A stretch of 29,433 bases of DNA from a virus. Its lineage: Duplodnaviria; Caudoviricetes. Within the stretch, counting starts at the first letter, position 1, and the number at the start of each line of letters is the position of its first letter. Location: IMG/VR virus record IMGVR_UViG_3300037467_002840, positions 1 to 29,433 of that record, one strand, 5' to 3'. The notes beneath the pieces were generated by a model, which worked only from the letters and a program-made list of their open reading frames with translations, did no database searches and was not told where the DNA came from. Shown one piece after another: positions 1 through 7,870 of the stretch. The position numbers were made by a program, and so were the translations under genes.

Positions 1-963
1 GAAAAATACAATCTGGAACGCATTGAGGAAGATGGACTGGACTATTTAATTACCATCCGCCTAAAAGAAGCCTCCGATATTACCACCTTCTTTGAAACCT
101 ATGTGAAAGGACTGAATCAAAAAGGCGTTTCTGCCATTCAGTGCCCTGCCGGTTGTGGTGCTATTCCCCTTTCCGTGGAACAAAGAGAATTTACCCTTGA
201 AGGTAAAAAGGTTATGTCCCCCTGTTTTGGTTATAAGTGTGAAAAGTGCGGTGAGGAGTTCACTACCACAGAATCGGATACGTTTAGCCTTGTTTTAATC
301 AAAGCCGCCGCTGCCTCCCCGCAGCTAAAATGGGTCAAAGCAAGTGAAGATATGCCGCCTGAATGTACTGCCGTTTTCGGGTATTGCAAGAAATGGATTG
401 ATGAGGACTACAATCCAGAAGGCGTAAGAGAGTGCATAATGTGGGATGATGGAGAATGGAGTAGTGCCCATTGGGATAATGAGCAGGACTGTTGGGATAC
501 AGACGAAAACACCAAGCCTACCCATTGGATGCGCCTACCTGAACCGCCAAGCGGAGCCGCTAAGGAGGAAGCCTCGGCCCCGCAAGCTACCTCCGAAACT
601 AACGACAAGGATTTGATTGCAATAGCCAGTAACCTATCAATGCACACCATACGACAGGTAATTGAAACAGAGGAAGCAAGAACCTTTTTGGAAAATGAAG
701 TAAAGTCCTATGCTCCCTTTACACAGTGGGGGTTAAACGAATTGCCTTGCGTATTATACGACGCAGTAGCTAAGTGCATGGTAAACTATGCGGCCCAAAA
801 GTTAGCCGCTTTACAGCAATGGGAGCATACATCACTTCTGCAACTGGAAGTGAAGGGGTTAGCCATCCCTGAGCAGTGGGTACACCGCTTTAACTCAGAA
901 GCAGACTTTTTAGCCTTCCTGAAATGGAGAAGGGAAGCCAGCGACCAAAATACTAATCAATAA
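1..963 (+). CDS. 5'-truncated multidomain phage protein: Cys4 zinc ribbon (YgiT/MqsA-like) + DUF551-like domain + C-terminal domain
   Basis: Frame 1 is open from base 1 (EKYNLERIEEDG...), so the true start is probably upstream of the window. Contains CPAGC...CEKCGEEF. WVKASEDMPP...THWMRLPEPP matches the DUF551 pattern. Confidence 0.7.
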   Translation, partial: EKYNLERIEEDGLDYLITIRLKEASDITTFFETYVKGLNQKGVSAIQCPAGCGAIPLSVEQREFTLEGKKVMSPCFGYKCEKCGEEFTTTESDTFSLVLIKAAAASPQLKWVKASEDMPPECTAVFGYCKKWIDEDYNPEGVRECIMWDDGEWSSAHWDNEQDCWDTDENTKPTHWMRLPEPPSGAAKEEASAPQATSETNDKDLIAIASNLSMHTIRQVIETEEARTFLENEVKSYAPFTQWGLNELPCVLYDAVAKCMVNYAAQKLAALQQWEHTSLLQLEVKGLAIPEQWVHRFNSEADFLAFLKWRREASDQNTNQ

Positions 964-975
964 AATAAACCCAAT

Positions 976-1155
976 ATGGAACTAACAAAAGAAAACCTCC
1001 GGGAATGGAAAGCCCTTTTAAGAAGGAAGATGGCGGAGCAGTACGACATAGCCAACTACGATGAAACCATGTCAGACGAAGAATGGTTAAGTGATTGGGA
1101 AGGCTTCACCGTACAGGATGTTATAGACGAAGAAGTAAGTAGTTGGCATGATTAA
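976..1155 (+). CDS. Small acidic hypothetical protein (59 aa, not in ORF track)
   Basis: ATG 976 after an A-rich leader. MELTKENLREWKALLRRKMAEQYDIANYDETMSDEEWLSDWEGFTVQDVIDEEVSSWHD, TAA 1153-1155. Fills the gap between its neighbours. Confidence 0.75.
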   Translation: MELTKENLREWKALLRRKMAEQYDIANYDETMSDEEWLSDWEGFTVQDVIDEEVSSWHD

Positions 1156-1172
1156 CCTAAAATAAAAAAGCC

Positions 1173-1718
1173 ATGAAAGTAATCAGCTTATTGCAACCCT
1201 GGGCAAGCCTTGTAGTCTCAGGCCACAAGAAAATTGAAACCCGTAGCTGGAATACAAAATACCGGGGACCGCTGCTCATTCATGCCAGTAAAAAGAGTGA
1301 TGGCTTCAATCGACAATTATATTATCAATGGCGCGAAGGATTTCGATTAAATACACCAGCATGGGAAGAACTTCCTTTTGGAGCTATAATTGGCCAAGTA
1401 AATTTGGTTGACACCGAAACCTCTGAAAATATTGCGGCCAATCTTCCTAAATCCATTTATTGGGGCGTCGACAAAGAACTTGCCTTTGGAGATTATTCAT
1501 TTAATCGCTATGGATGGTATTTATCGAACCCAGTTCAATTCCCAGCCATCATCCCCGCAAAAGGGCAACTGGGCATCTGGGAATATGATCTGCCGGAAAA
1601 GATAGGCTTTAGTCTATTAGGCGGCGGCCATGCCTCCTTTGAAGGAATGCCCACGAGGGAAACCGTGGAAGCCCTGGAAAAAATGGTGGAAGTAGCAAGG
1701 CAATCCAAACTTTTTTAA
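1173..1718 (+). CDS. ASCH domain protein
   Basis: SLLQPWASLVVSGHKKIETRSW..YRGPLLIHAS (GxKxxExR motif), GAIIGQVNL, PAKGQLGIW. Confidence 0.9.
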   Translation: MKVISLLQPWASLVVSGHKKIETRSWNTKYRGPLLIHASKKSDGFNRQLYYQWREGFRLNTPAWEELPFGAIIGQVNLVDTETSENIAANLPKSIYWGVDKELAFGDYSFNRYGWYLSNPVQFPAIIPAKGQLGIWEYDLPEKIGFSLLGGGHASFEGMPTRETVEALEKMVEVARQSKLF

Positions 1719-1719
1719 G

Positions 1720-1941
1720 ATGGCTGGCAATTCCGGAATTATATACGATTTGGGAGGCGGCCGCTTTGGTCTTGCCCTCCATAGAGAACAACAGGATGCT
1801 TTTAAAAAATCAAACCGGGTGTACCTGCATGTATTTACCGATAAGGAGTGTAGCCAACCTGAACTGGATCCTGTAACCGGCAAAAAATATGTGACCCTAA
1901 AGCATTTATCGAAAATCAAACCCATTGGCTTTTCAGACTAA
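1720..1941 (+). CDS. Hypothetical protein
   Basis: 73 aa ORF starting 1 nt after the ASCH stop. Confidence 0.7.
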   Translation: MAGNSGIIYDLGGGRFGLALHREQQDAFKKSNRVYLHVFTDKECSQPELDPVTGKKYVTLKHLSKIKPIGFSD

Positions 1942-1997
1942 TGGAGTTGCCCATACCCTGAATTAACACCAATAACCCCAAAAAAACCTTTTTAAAA

Positions 1998-2216
1998 ATG
2001 TACCTCGTAATGGAAATCGGTGGCATTGTGGCAGAGAAAGTAGAGCTGTGTTACGAAGGACTCAATACCTGGCAGGAGCGGCAGGCCTACCAGGAGCGTC
2101 TGGCCCGGGACCTGACTGTAAAACACGAACTCCTCCTGTATAAATACAAGCTGGAGCCTGTGTTTTATGTGGAAGGCGTTCCTTCCCGAATCAATTTTCA
2201 CCCGACCATGAACTAA
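1998..2216 (+). CDS. Hypothetical protein
   Basis: 72 aa ORF with A-rich start context, co-directional with neighbours. Confidence 0.65.
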   Translation: MYLVMEIGGIVAEKVELCYEGLNTWQERQAYQERLARDLTVKHELLLYKYKLEPVFYVEGVPSRINFHPTMN

Positions 2217-2232
2217 CTACAATTGAAAACTT

Positions 2233-2460
2233 ATGAGAATGAAAGACTGCAATTTAGGCGACTATTTGTTTTACGAGGGAAGGCTGGTTCGTTGTGTGGC
2301 CCTCAACCAAGGGCTAAAGGAAGCCGTCCTGGAAACGATTGAAGATCACTTGTGCCCCCACTGCGGGGGCTGCCTTGGAAAAGAACAAATCCATGTCATA
2401 GTGGGTAGTCCCAACTTTCAAACCAATGCCGAACCTCTTCCAACCATTACTACCAAATGA
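2233..2460 (+). CDS. Hypothetical protein with CPHC motif
   Basis: 75 aa ORF containing HLCPHCGGC, A-rich start context. Confidence 0.65.
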   Translation: MRMKDCNLGDYLFYEGRLVRCVALNQGLKEAVLETIEDHLCPHCGGCLGKEQIHVIVGSPNFQTNAEPLPTITTK

Positions 2461-2482
2461 ACTAACGATCAATCTATAACTT

Positions 2483-2743
2483 ATGAGCAAAACAATCTTT
2501 TCGGAGAACCTAAAGAAGGCAAGAAAGCTGAAAAGCTGGACACAGCGTGAAGCATCTCAAGCTATTGGCATAAAGCTTTGTACCTATGCTTCTTATGAGG
2601 AAGGAAGAGCCGATCCCCCCAACAAAACCCTCACCTTAATTGTGGAAGTCTTCAGCGTACAGGATGACGTGTATGGATTTTTGAACAATCGGGATTTCTA
2701 TGACAGGGAAGGCAGGAGAAGAAAGATAAAACTTACCAATTAA
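2483..2743 (+). CDS. XRE/Cro-CI family helix-turn-helix regulator
   Basis: NLKKARKLKSWTQREASQAIGIKLCTYASYEEGRADP is a typical HTH_3 pattern. Confidence 0.9.
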   Translation: MSKTIFSENLKKARKLKSWTQREASQAIGIKLCTYASYEEGRADPPNKTLTLIVEVFSVQDDVYGFLNNRDFYDREGRRRKIKLTN

Positions 2744-2748
2744 AAAAA

Positions 2749-2955
2749 ATGATAAAAAAACTCATTCTCCGCTTATGGTGGTGCAGACTACTGAAATGGC
2801 ATAAATGGACCTCCGCGCCACAAAAGGGTCTTAAGCCCACTGCCCAACAGTTAACATCGGCTGAAGGCTTTTGGGATTATGCCAAGATGTACTGTGAACG
2901 CTGTGGCCATGTTTCTGAACTATCAAAAAAAATGCAATGCAAATACAAAGATTAG
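2749..2955 (+). CDS. Small Cys/His protein (DUF1660-like phage protein)
   Basis: CRLLKWHKW ... YCERCGH. Confidence 0.6.
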   Translation: MIKKLILRLWWCRLLKWHKWTSAPQKGLKPTAQQLTSAEGFWDYAKMYCERCGHVSELSKKMQCKYKD

Positions 2956-3293
2956 GCTTGGAAATCCGTAAAATCGGCAATGTCCAAAATTTGTATAATG
3001 ATGTTGACCTGATTTTGGATAATTACAACGTGCCTCCCGGCTGCATCAATAAAAACGTGCAGGTAGCTACCGTTGCCCATGCCCTTCAAAAGATGCTCAA
3101 AACGGAACGGTACTTTGACGTGTGTACAGTTCGCAGGTGCTCGGAACTATGCCAGGTCTGCATTGCCCGGGAGAGAATGCAAGTCTATGAATCCATCCAT
3201 TGCCTGCATTGGGATGAAATGCTGCCCGATTACCGGCAAATGATTGTAGCCATGGTCTTGGATGATTTTAGAGATGTATTATGTCCCTTATAA
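2937..3293 (+). CDS. Hypothetical phage protein (Cys/His-rich)
   Basis: 118 aa ORF overlapping the previous stop; FDVCTV...IHCLHWDEM. Confidence 0.7.
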   Translation: MQIQRLGLEIRKIGNVQNLYNDVDLILDNYNVPPGCINKNVQVATVAHALQKMLKTERYFDVCTVRRCSELCQVCIARERMQVYESIHCLHWDEMLPDYRQMIVAMVLDDFRDVLCPL

Positions 3294-3330
3294 AGAATAT
3301 TTCCACCCACAAACCTTAAAATCAACCTCT

Positions 3331-3594
3331 ATGACAGCACACGAGGCATTAAATAAAAGCTATCTATCATGGGATGAAATTATGAGGCGGATTACAGTGC
3401 AGGCAGAGCACCAGCAAACCTGCTTAGCTTATCAGATGATCAGCCCTGTCGATGCTCAAAGACTAAAAGAATTGGGCTACTCTGTCTTTACAAAGGTCGG
3501 TGATGGCAACCAAACGACCATCCATTGGGGTGATGCCATAAAGGAACGCTATAAAAATGGTAAAAGGGAGGCTGGCACCATACCCCTTCCCTAA
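3331..3594 (+). CDS. Hypothetical protein
   Basis: ATG 3331 preferred over the overlapping 3262 start; 87 aa. Confidence 0.6.
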   Translation: MTAHEALNKSYLSWDEIMRRITVQAEHQQTCLAYQMISPVDAQRLKELGYSVFTKVGDGNQTTIHWGDAIKERYKNGKREAGTIPLP

Positions 3595-3697
3595 GGAATG
3601 GAGGGTACAAAAGGATGGCTTCCCACCCTGTTCAAAAAAGTAAAACGGGAATTTTAATCTATTGATATAACAAAGTTAGAGTCCATTTAACAATCCC

Positions 3698-3742
3698 TGA
3701 AAGTCTAATTGTTGACTTTCAAAAGAATAAAAATTAACTTAG
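3698..3742 (+). promoter_or_regulatory. Putative terminase promoter with overlapping inverted repeat
   Basis: TGAAAGTC-n8-GACTTTCA at 3698-3721. TTG 3712-3714 lies 20 bp before TAACTTAG 3735-3742 (one mismatch to the Bacteroidota -7 box TAnnTTTG). Confidence 0.45.
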
Positions 3743-3758
3743 CAAATACAAGCCAAAT

Positions 3759-4298
3759 ATGCCCGCACCTAAAGGCAATCAGTTCTGGAAACTTCGGTCC
3801 AAACACGGACGAAAGAAGCTTTTTACCACCCCAAAGCTTTTAATGCAAGCCGCTACTGAATATTTTCAATGGGTGGATAATAATCCCTGGATCAAAAAAG
3901 AGCAATTAAAAAAGCCAACCGTCATAAAAGATAAGGATGGAAATCAGCGCTTGGAAACCATAGCGAACATTCCCACCGCCCGGCCTTATACACTCTCCGG
4001 TCTGTGTATTTACTTAGGCGTTAATTCTCAATACTTTATAGATTTTAAAGAATCGCTGCGGCCGAAGGAAGGAGAGAAGATGATCAGGAAGAACAAAGAT
4101 TTTTCCGAGGTCATACACGCGATAGAGGAAATTATCCGCACCCAGAAGTTCGAGGGGGCTGCGGTGGGCGCCTTTAATGCCAACATCATTGCCCGGGACC
4201 TGGGCATGGTGGACAAGAAAGACGTTACCTCGGACGGCAAGCCACTGGGCAATAAAATGCAGATTGAGATCGTGCCACCAAGTGAGGATGACGAATGA
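3759..4298 (+). CDS. terS: Terminase small subunit (P22 gp3-like DNA packaging protein)
   Basis: MPAPKGNQFWKLRSKHGR N-terminus, RPYTLSGLCIYLG, QKFEGAAVGAFNANIIARDLG; ATGA overlap with terL. Confidence 0.92.
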   Translation: MPAPKGNQFWKLRSKHGRKKLFTTPKLLMQAATEYFQWVDNNPWIKKEQLKKPTVIKDKDGNQRLETIANIPTARPYTLSGLCIYLGVNSQYFIDFKESLRPKEGEKMIRKNKDFSEVIHAIEEIIRTQKFEGAAVGAFNANIIARDLGMVDKKDVTSDGKPLGNKMQIEIVPPSEDDE

Positions 4299-5671
4299 GG
4301 ATCAAAGGAACCATAGTATTTCAAAAGAACTGGGAGGCCATCGTGGCCCGCAATCCAGACGGCACCCGCAAATACCGGTATATCATCAATGAAGGCTCTT
4401 CCCGTTCCTCAAAGACCTTCTCATTGATCGACTGTTATGACGCCTATGCCCGCGAGCATGAAAACAAGCGCCTGACCGTGTGGCGGGATACCAAAAAAGA
4501 CTGCAAGGACACGGTATTGCATGATACCGAAAGGCACCTTAAAAATACGGGTCGTTATAAGATTGGCCAGGAATTCAACAAAACCGAAAGCTTTTTCAGG
4601 TACGCTACCGGTACCACCTTTGAGATCCATGGTACCGATGACGATGAAAAGGTGCACGGTTTGACCCAGGACGCCGCCTGGATCAACGAGCCCTATAAAT
4701 GGAGCAGGGATACCTTCGACCAGATTGACCAGCGGACGAGCGATTTTATTTTTATTGACTGGAACCCTAAAAAGGCACATTTCATAGAGGACCTTAAAAA
4801 GGATCCCCGGGCCATCGTGATCAAAAGCACGTTCCGGGACAACCCCTTTTGCCCCATTGAGCAGAAGCGCAAGATCTTGTCTTACCAGCCGGTGGCGATG
4901 TGTGACCTGGTTGTAAACAAGCTGCTCACCGAGCCGGAGGCCAAGGCCTATGATCTGCTGGCCAATCCCAAAGGATTCAGTGAAAAACAAATCAAGGAAC
5001 TGCGCCAGTGTAGAGAAAATGAAGACAAGAAGAGCGCCAATGCCTTTAACTGGTCCGTGTATGGCCTGGGCGAAAAAGCAGAGAAGCCTCACCGCATCTT
5101 CCACTGGCAGGAAATCCCGGATGAAGTATATAAGGCTATTACTTCCAAAATCTACACGGGGGTGGACTGGGGGGTGGTGGATCCCTGGGGAATTGTGGAG
5201 GCCAAGTATTACGATGGCGCTTTGTACCTGCATGAACGCAACTACCTGAGTGAAACGGAGATCCGCTCCAAGCTTACCTTGACGGAACTGGCCCAGATCA
5301 GCGGGGATGATGAGGGAATTGTGAAACACATGTTTGGGAAATTGGGTATTGACAAGAAGACCGAGGTGGTGTGTGATGACAATAGGCCGCTCAAGATCGC
5401 AGCCCTCCGTAGGGCAGGTTGGGCGCACGCCTATCCGGCCAACAAGGTCAAAGGATCTATTTTGGATGGCATTGATCTACTCAACAATATGCCGGTATAT
5501 TACACGGCCTCAAGCACGAACCTGAAATATGAGCAGGAGAACTACAGCCGGCAGGTGGACCGGTATGGCATCGTGCTGGAAGAGCCGGAGGATATTGATA
5601 ATCATCTTATGGATCCTTCCAGGTATATCGCACTGTTCCTGCAGGCAAGGGGTATCATTAAGAGGGTTTAA
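4295..5671 (+). CDS. terL: Terminase large subunit (PBSX/SPP1-like)
   Basis: Walker A-like EGSSRSSKT, Walker B AWINE, IDWNP, STFRDNPF, VYGLGE, nuclease GVDWG and DNHLMDPSRY. Confidence 0.95.
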   Translation: MRIKGTIVFQKNWEAIVARNPDGTRKYRYIINEGSSRSSKTFSLIDCYDAYAREHENKRLTVWRDTKKDCKDTVLHDTERHLKNTGRYKIGQEFNKTESFFRYATGTTFEIHGTDDDEKVHGLTQDAAWINEPYKWSRDTFDQIDQRTSDFIFIDWNPKKAHFIEDLKKDPRAIVIKSTFRDNPFCPIEQKRKILSYQPVAMCDLVVNKLLTEPEAKAYDLLANPKGFSEKQIKELRQCRENEDKKSANAFNWSVYGLGEKAEKPHRIFHWQEIPDEVYKAITSKIYTGVDWGVVDPWGIVEAKYYDGALYLHERNYLSETEIRSKLTLTELAQISGDDEGIVKHMFGKLGIDKKTEVVCDDNRPLKIAALRRAGWAHAYPANKVKGSILDGIDLLNNMPVYYTASSTNLKYEQENYSRQVDRYGIVLEEPEDIDNHLMDPSRYIALFLQARGIIKRV

Positions 5672-6318
5672 GGCGTTGTGGGCGGCGCATATTGGGATAT
5701 GTGCTCCAGTCTGTAAGGCTTGCCATATTTCTCACACCGCTTATTCACCTCATTTTGCATTTGGACAAGCTGTGGATTTAGGTTTGAGATATCGTGTTTT
5801 CTTCTTGCTTTCGGAGCTAATCCTGTTATATAGGCAACCATTCCCTTCATTTCTGCTTTAAATTCCTGATTCATTAGCTGCATGATATAATTCATATAAT
5901 CGGAAACGAGGTGAAAATCAAAGGTGGTGCTGGGAACCCTATATTGAGTAATATCAGGTGGATAAAACTGGCCAGTCCCTTTTGCCCTGCAATTATGAGC
6001 GATAAATAGGCTTCGGAACTTCCTTATTTCCGACCACTTATTCAATAAATCAATAACTGGCGATAATATCTCCCTGAATTCCAGTACCCTTTTCTTATAC
6101 TCAGATTCTACTTGGGTAAAATGTCCGTTATACTCTTCCTGGAATATGGCCAATTGCAAAATGATTAATGTGGCATTATCAACAAGGAAATCCCTATCTG
6201 CTACAAGGATCATTTCACCATTTTCTATTTTTCGGGTACGTTCAATGACTCTTTGAATTACATTAGAACATTTGTGCAGTATAAAAAGGGATTCATATAG
6301 TTTTATAGGCTCTTTCAT
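5668..6318 (-). CDS. Hypothetical helical protein, candidate HEPN-type RNase (moron)
   Basis: 216 aa, AT-rich, convergent with terL. IRKFRSLFIAHN contains an Rx5H motif in HEPN-like context. Confidence 0.55.
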   Translation of the reverse strand: MKEPIKLYESLFILHKCSNVIQRVIERTRKIENGEMILVADRDFLVDNATLIILQLAIFQEEYNGHFTQVESEYKKRVLEFREILSPVIDLLNKWSEIRKFRSLFIAHNCRAKGTGQFYPPDITQYRVPSTTFDFHLVSDYMNYIMQLMNQEFKAEMKGMVAYITGLAPKARRKHDISNLNPQLVQMQNEVNKRCEKYGKPYRLEHISQYAPPTTP

Positions 6319-6323
6319 GGACG

Positions 6324-6518
6324 CTATTTTGGTATTTTAATATTAACATGGTACCCATGCTCCAACAGCATGTCGATGGCGGCACCATTCTTTAATTCGC
6401 CATCATTAAACCGCTTTAGGAACATCCGGTATTTGGCCCCCTTACTGGTGCGCTGCTTAGCCTCCTTTTTAAATGTTTCGGAGTTAACCAGGTGTTCGAC
6501 CGCTTTAGAAATATCCAT
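6324..6518 (-). CDS. Small basic protein, candidate DNA-binding regulator/antitoxin (64 aa)
   Basis: ATG 6518 (MDISKAVEHL...) lies 3 nt after a perfect minus-strand TACCTTTG box. The stop is 5 nt before the next gene. Confidence 0.65.
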   Translation of the reverse strand: MDISKAVEHLVNSETFKKEAKQRTSKGAKYRMFLKRFNDGELKNGAAIDMLLEHGYHVNIKIPK

Positions 6519-6521
6519 ATT

Positions 6522-6589
6522 CAAAGGTAACTTTTTTTTGAAAAAAGTGTAAAATAATTTTACACATTCAAATACTTTTCCTATCTTTA
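6522..6589. promoter_or_regulatory. Divergent promoter pair with central palindromic operator
   Basis: Minus -7 box TACCTTTG (6522-6529) and plus -7-like TATCTTTA (6582-6589). Perfect palindrome GTGTAAAA-TAA-TTTTACAC at 6547-6565. Confidence 0.65.
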
Positions 6590-6641
6590 TGTGGTAATCG
6601 AAACGAGGAGCGAACCTCGAAAAAAACTTCAAGTTCTTTAC

Positions 6642-6968
6642 ATGTTAAATGAAATTCTCAAGATTGCGGAAAGCAATCCAGACGGCTTCACGATCAAACT
6701 TCCCAGCCTCGAAAAAGTAGAAAACGGAATTGTGGCAGCGTACCTTGAGACGCAAGACAGTTTCGGAAATGAGGGCCTGACCAGAGTAATTAACCACGCA
6801 ATGCAGCACGACAAAACAATCGGTGGTTGGTTCAACGAGGAAAATGAACAGTATTACTTTGATTCGGTTAAGGTCTTTGAATCGAGAGACGAAGCGATCA
6901 AGTTCGGGATAGCAAACCAACAAATTGCAATCTACGACCTGACAAACCGAGAATTGATTAAACTCTAA
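6642..6968 (+). CDS. Hypothetical phage protein (108 aa)
   Basis: ATG 6642 (MLNEILKIAESNPDGFT...). IGGWFN...YYFDSVKVF...AIKFGIANQQIAIYDL. Flanked by a promoter and a terminator. Confidence 0.8.
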   Translation: MLNEILKIAESNPDGFTIKLPSLEKVENGIVAAYLETQDSFGNEGLTRVINHAMQHDKTIGGWFNEENEQYYFDSVKVFESRDEAIKFGIANQQIAIYDLTNRELIKL

Positions 6969-6995
6969 AAAGAAGGGGTCGCAAGGCCCCTCTTT
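6969..6995 (+). terminator. Intrinsic terminator-like hairpin
   Basis: AGGGGTC-GCAA-GGCCCCT stem with a GNRA loop directly after stop 6968. A-run before and short T-run after, so possibly bidirectional. Confidence 0.7.
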
Positions 6996-7007
6996 AAAAC
7001 ATTTTAT

Positions 7008-7475
7008 ATGAAAAATTTTGATCTATTGCTATTGGATGAAATCCAGACGCAAAGGGTAAAAAAGTTTGCCGAAATGCACCAGCGTTATGGGGGCATTATT
7101 ATTGACGTTATAGCTGGCGACAAAGTGAGCGGTGAATACCTGATCCGAGTAAAAGATAAAAAAGGAAGTTTAAACATTGATTCCTTAATTCAGAAAGCTC
7201 AGGAGGTATTTGCCGGTGAAGTGCCAGAAGGCCTTAGATTGTATTTTACCGTCATGGAGGAAGAGGATTCGAAGTATTACCTGACCTGGGACCATAGGCA
7301 CGTGATTCGGGTGCATAAGTATTTTCAGGTGTGGGATGTGGAAAAGGATTTTTTAAATCCCGATCGGCAGCAGGGGCCATTTAAATCACTTTTTGTTAAC
7401 GGAACCAAGGGAGAAACGGCCAAGGCCCTCAGTTGGTTCAAACATTATGTAATCACACATAACGTACAGCTATGA
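7008..7475 (+). CDS. Hypothetical protein
   Basis: 155 aa ORF, ATGA-coupled to the next gene. Confidence 0.75.
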   Translation: MKNFDLLLLDEIQTQRVKKFAEMHQRYGGIIIDVIAGDKVSGEYLIRVKDKKGSLNIDSLIQKAQEVFAGEVPEGLRLYFTVMEEEDSKYYLTWDHRHVIRVHKYFQVWDVEKDFLNPDRQQGPFKSLFVNGTKGETAKALSWFKHYVITHNVQL

Positions 7476-7870
7476 CAGCAAAAGAATTAAGGCTCGGGAA
7501 TTATGTCCGTTCATGGGAAGGGCGCAAACAGGGTGCCCCCGCCAAGATAACAGTATCCATGTTAAAGACGCTTTCTAAAATAGAGCCCCACATGGAGTAC
7601 ATTGCTATCCAGCCTCTTGAACTCACTCAAGAGATACTTGAAAAAACCGGGTTTATCCTTGCTGATTCAAAAGATAGTCTTTGGCTAATAACCATTGACC
7701 CACAGGCAAAAACCTACCTGGCCATTAACCAGGTAACGGGCGCAGCTGCTCTTTATGATGATTTGGGAAGTCCGCATTATACAACTATACCCAAGAAATA
7801 CAAATACCTGCATCAATTACAGAACCTTTATTTCAGTTTAACAGGCGAAGAACTAAACGTTGATTTATGA
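7472..7870 (+). CDS. Hypothetical phage protein, paralogue 1
   Basis: ELRLGNYV...IQPLELTQEILEKTGF...KYLHQLQNLYFSLTGEEL. Confidence 0.8.
   Translation: MTAKELRLGNYVRSWEGRKQGAPAKITVSMLKTLSKIEPHMEYIAIQPLELTQEILEKTGFILADSKDSLWLITIDPQAKTYLAINQVTGAAALYDDLGSPHYTTIPKKYKYLHQLQNLYFSLTGEELNVDL

Noticed and set aside
3589-3657. CCC-TAA at the end of ORF 3331-3594 (possible +1 shift or read-through)
   Set aside because: Either event would add only about 17-21 residues, and there is no supporting evidence without homologues.
4885-5040. Intein or intron in terL
   Set aside because: Too short, no Cys/Ser...His-Asn splice motifs, and the frame is uninterrupted.
4421-5428. 335 aa antisense ORF inside terL
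   Set aside because: Lies wholly opposite a well-supported gene and has no recognisable motifs; typical shadow ORF.
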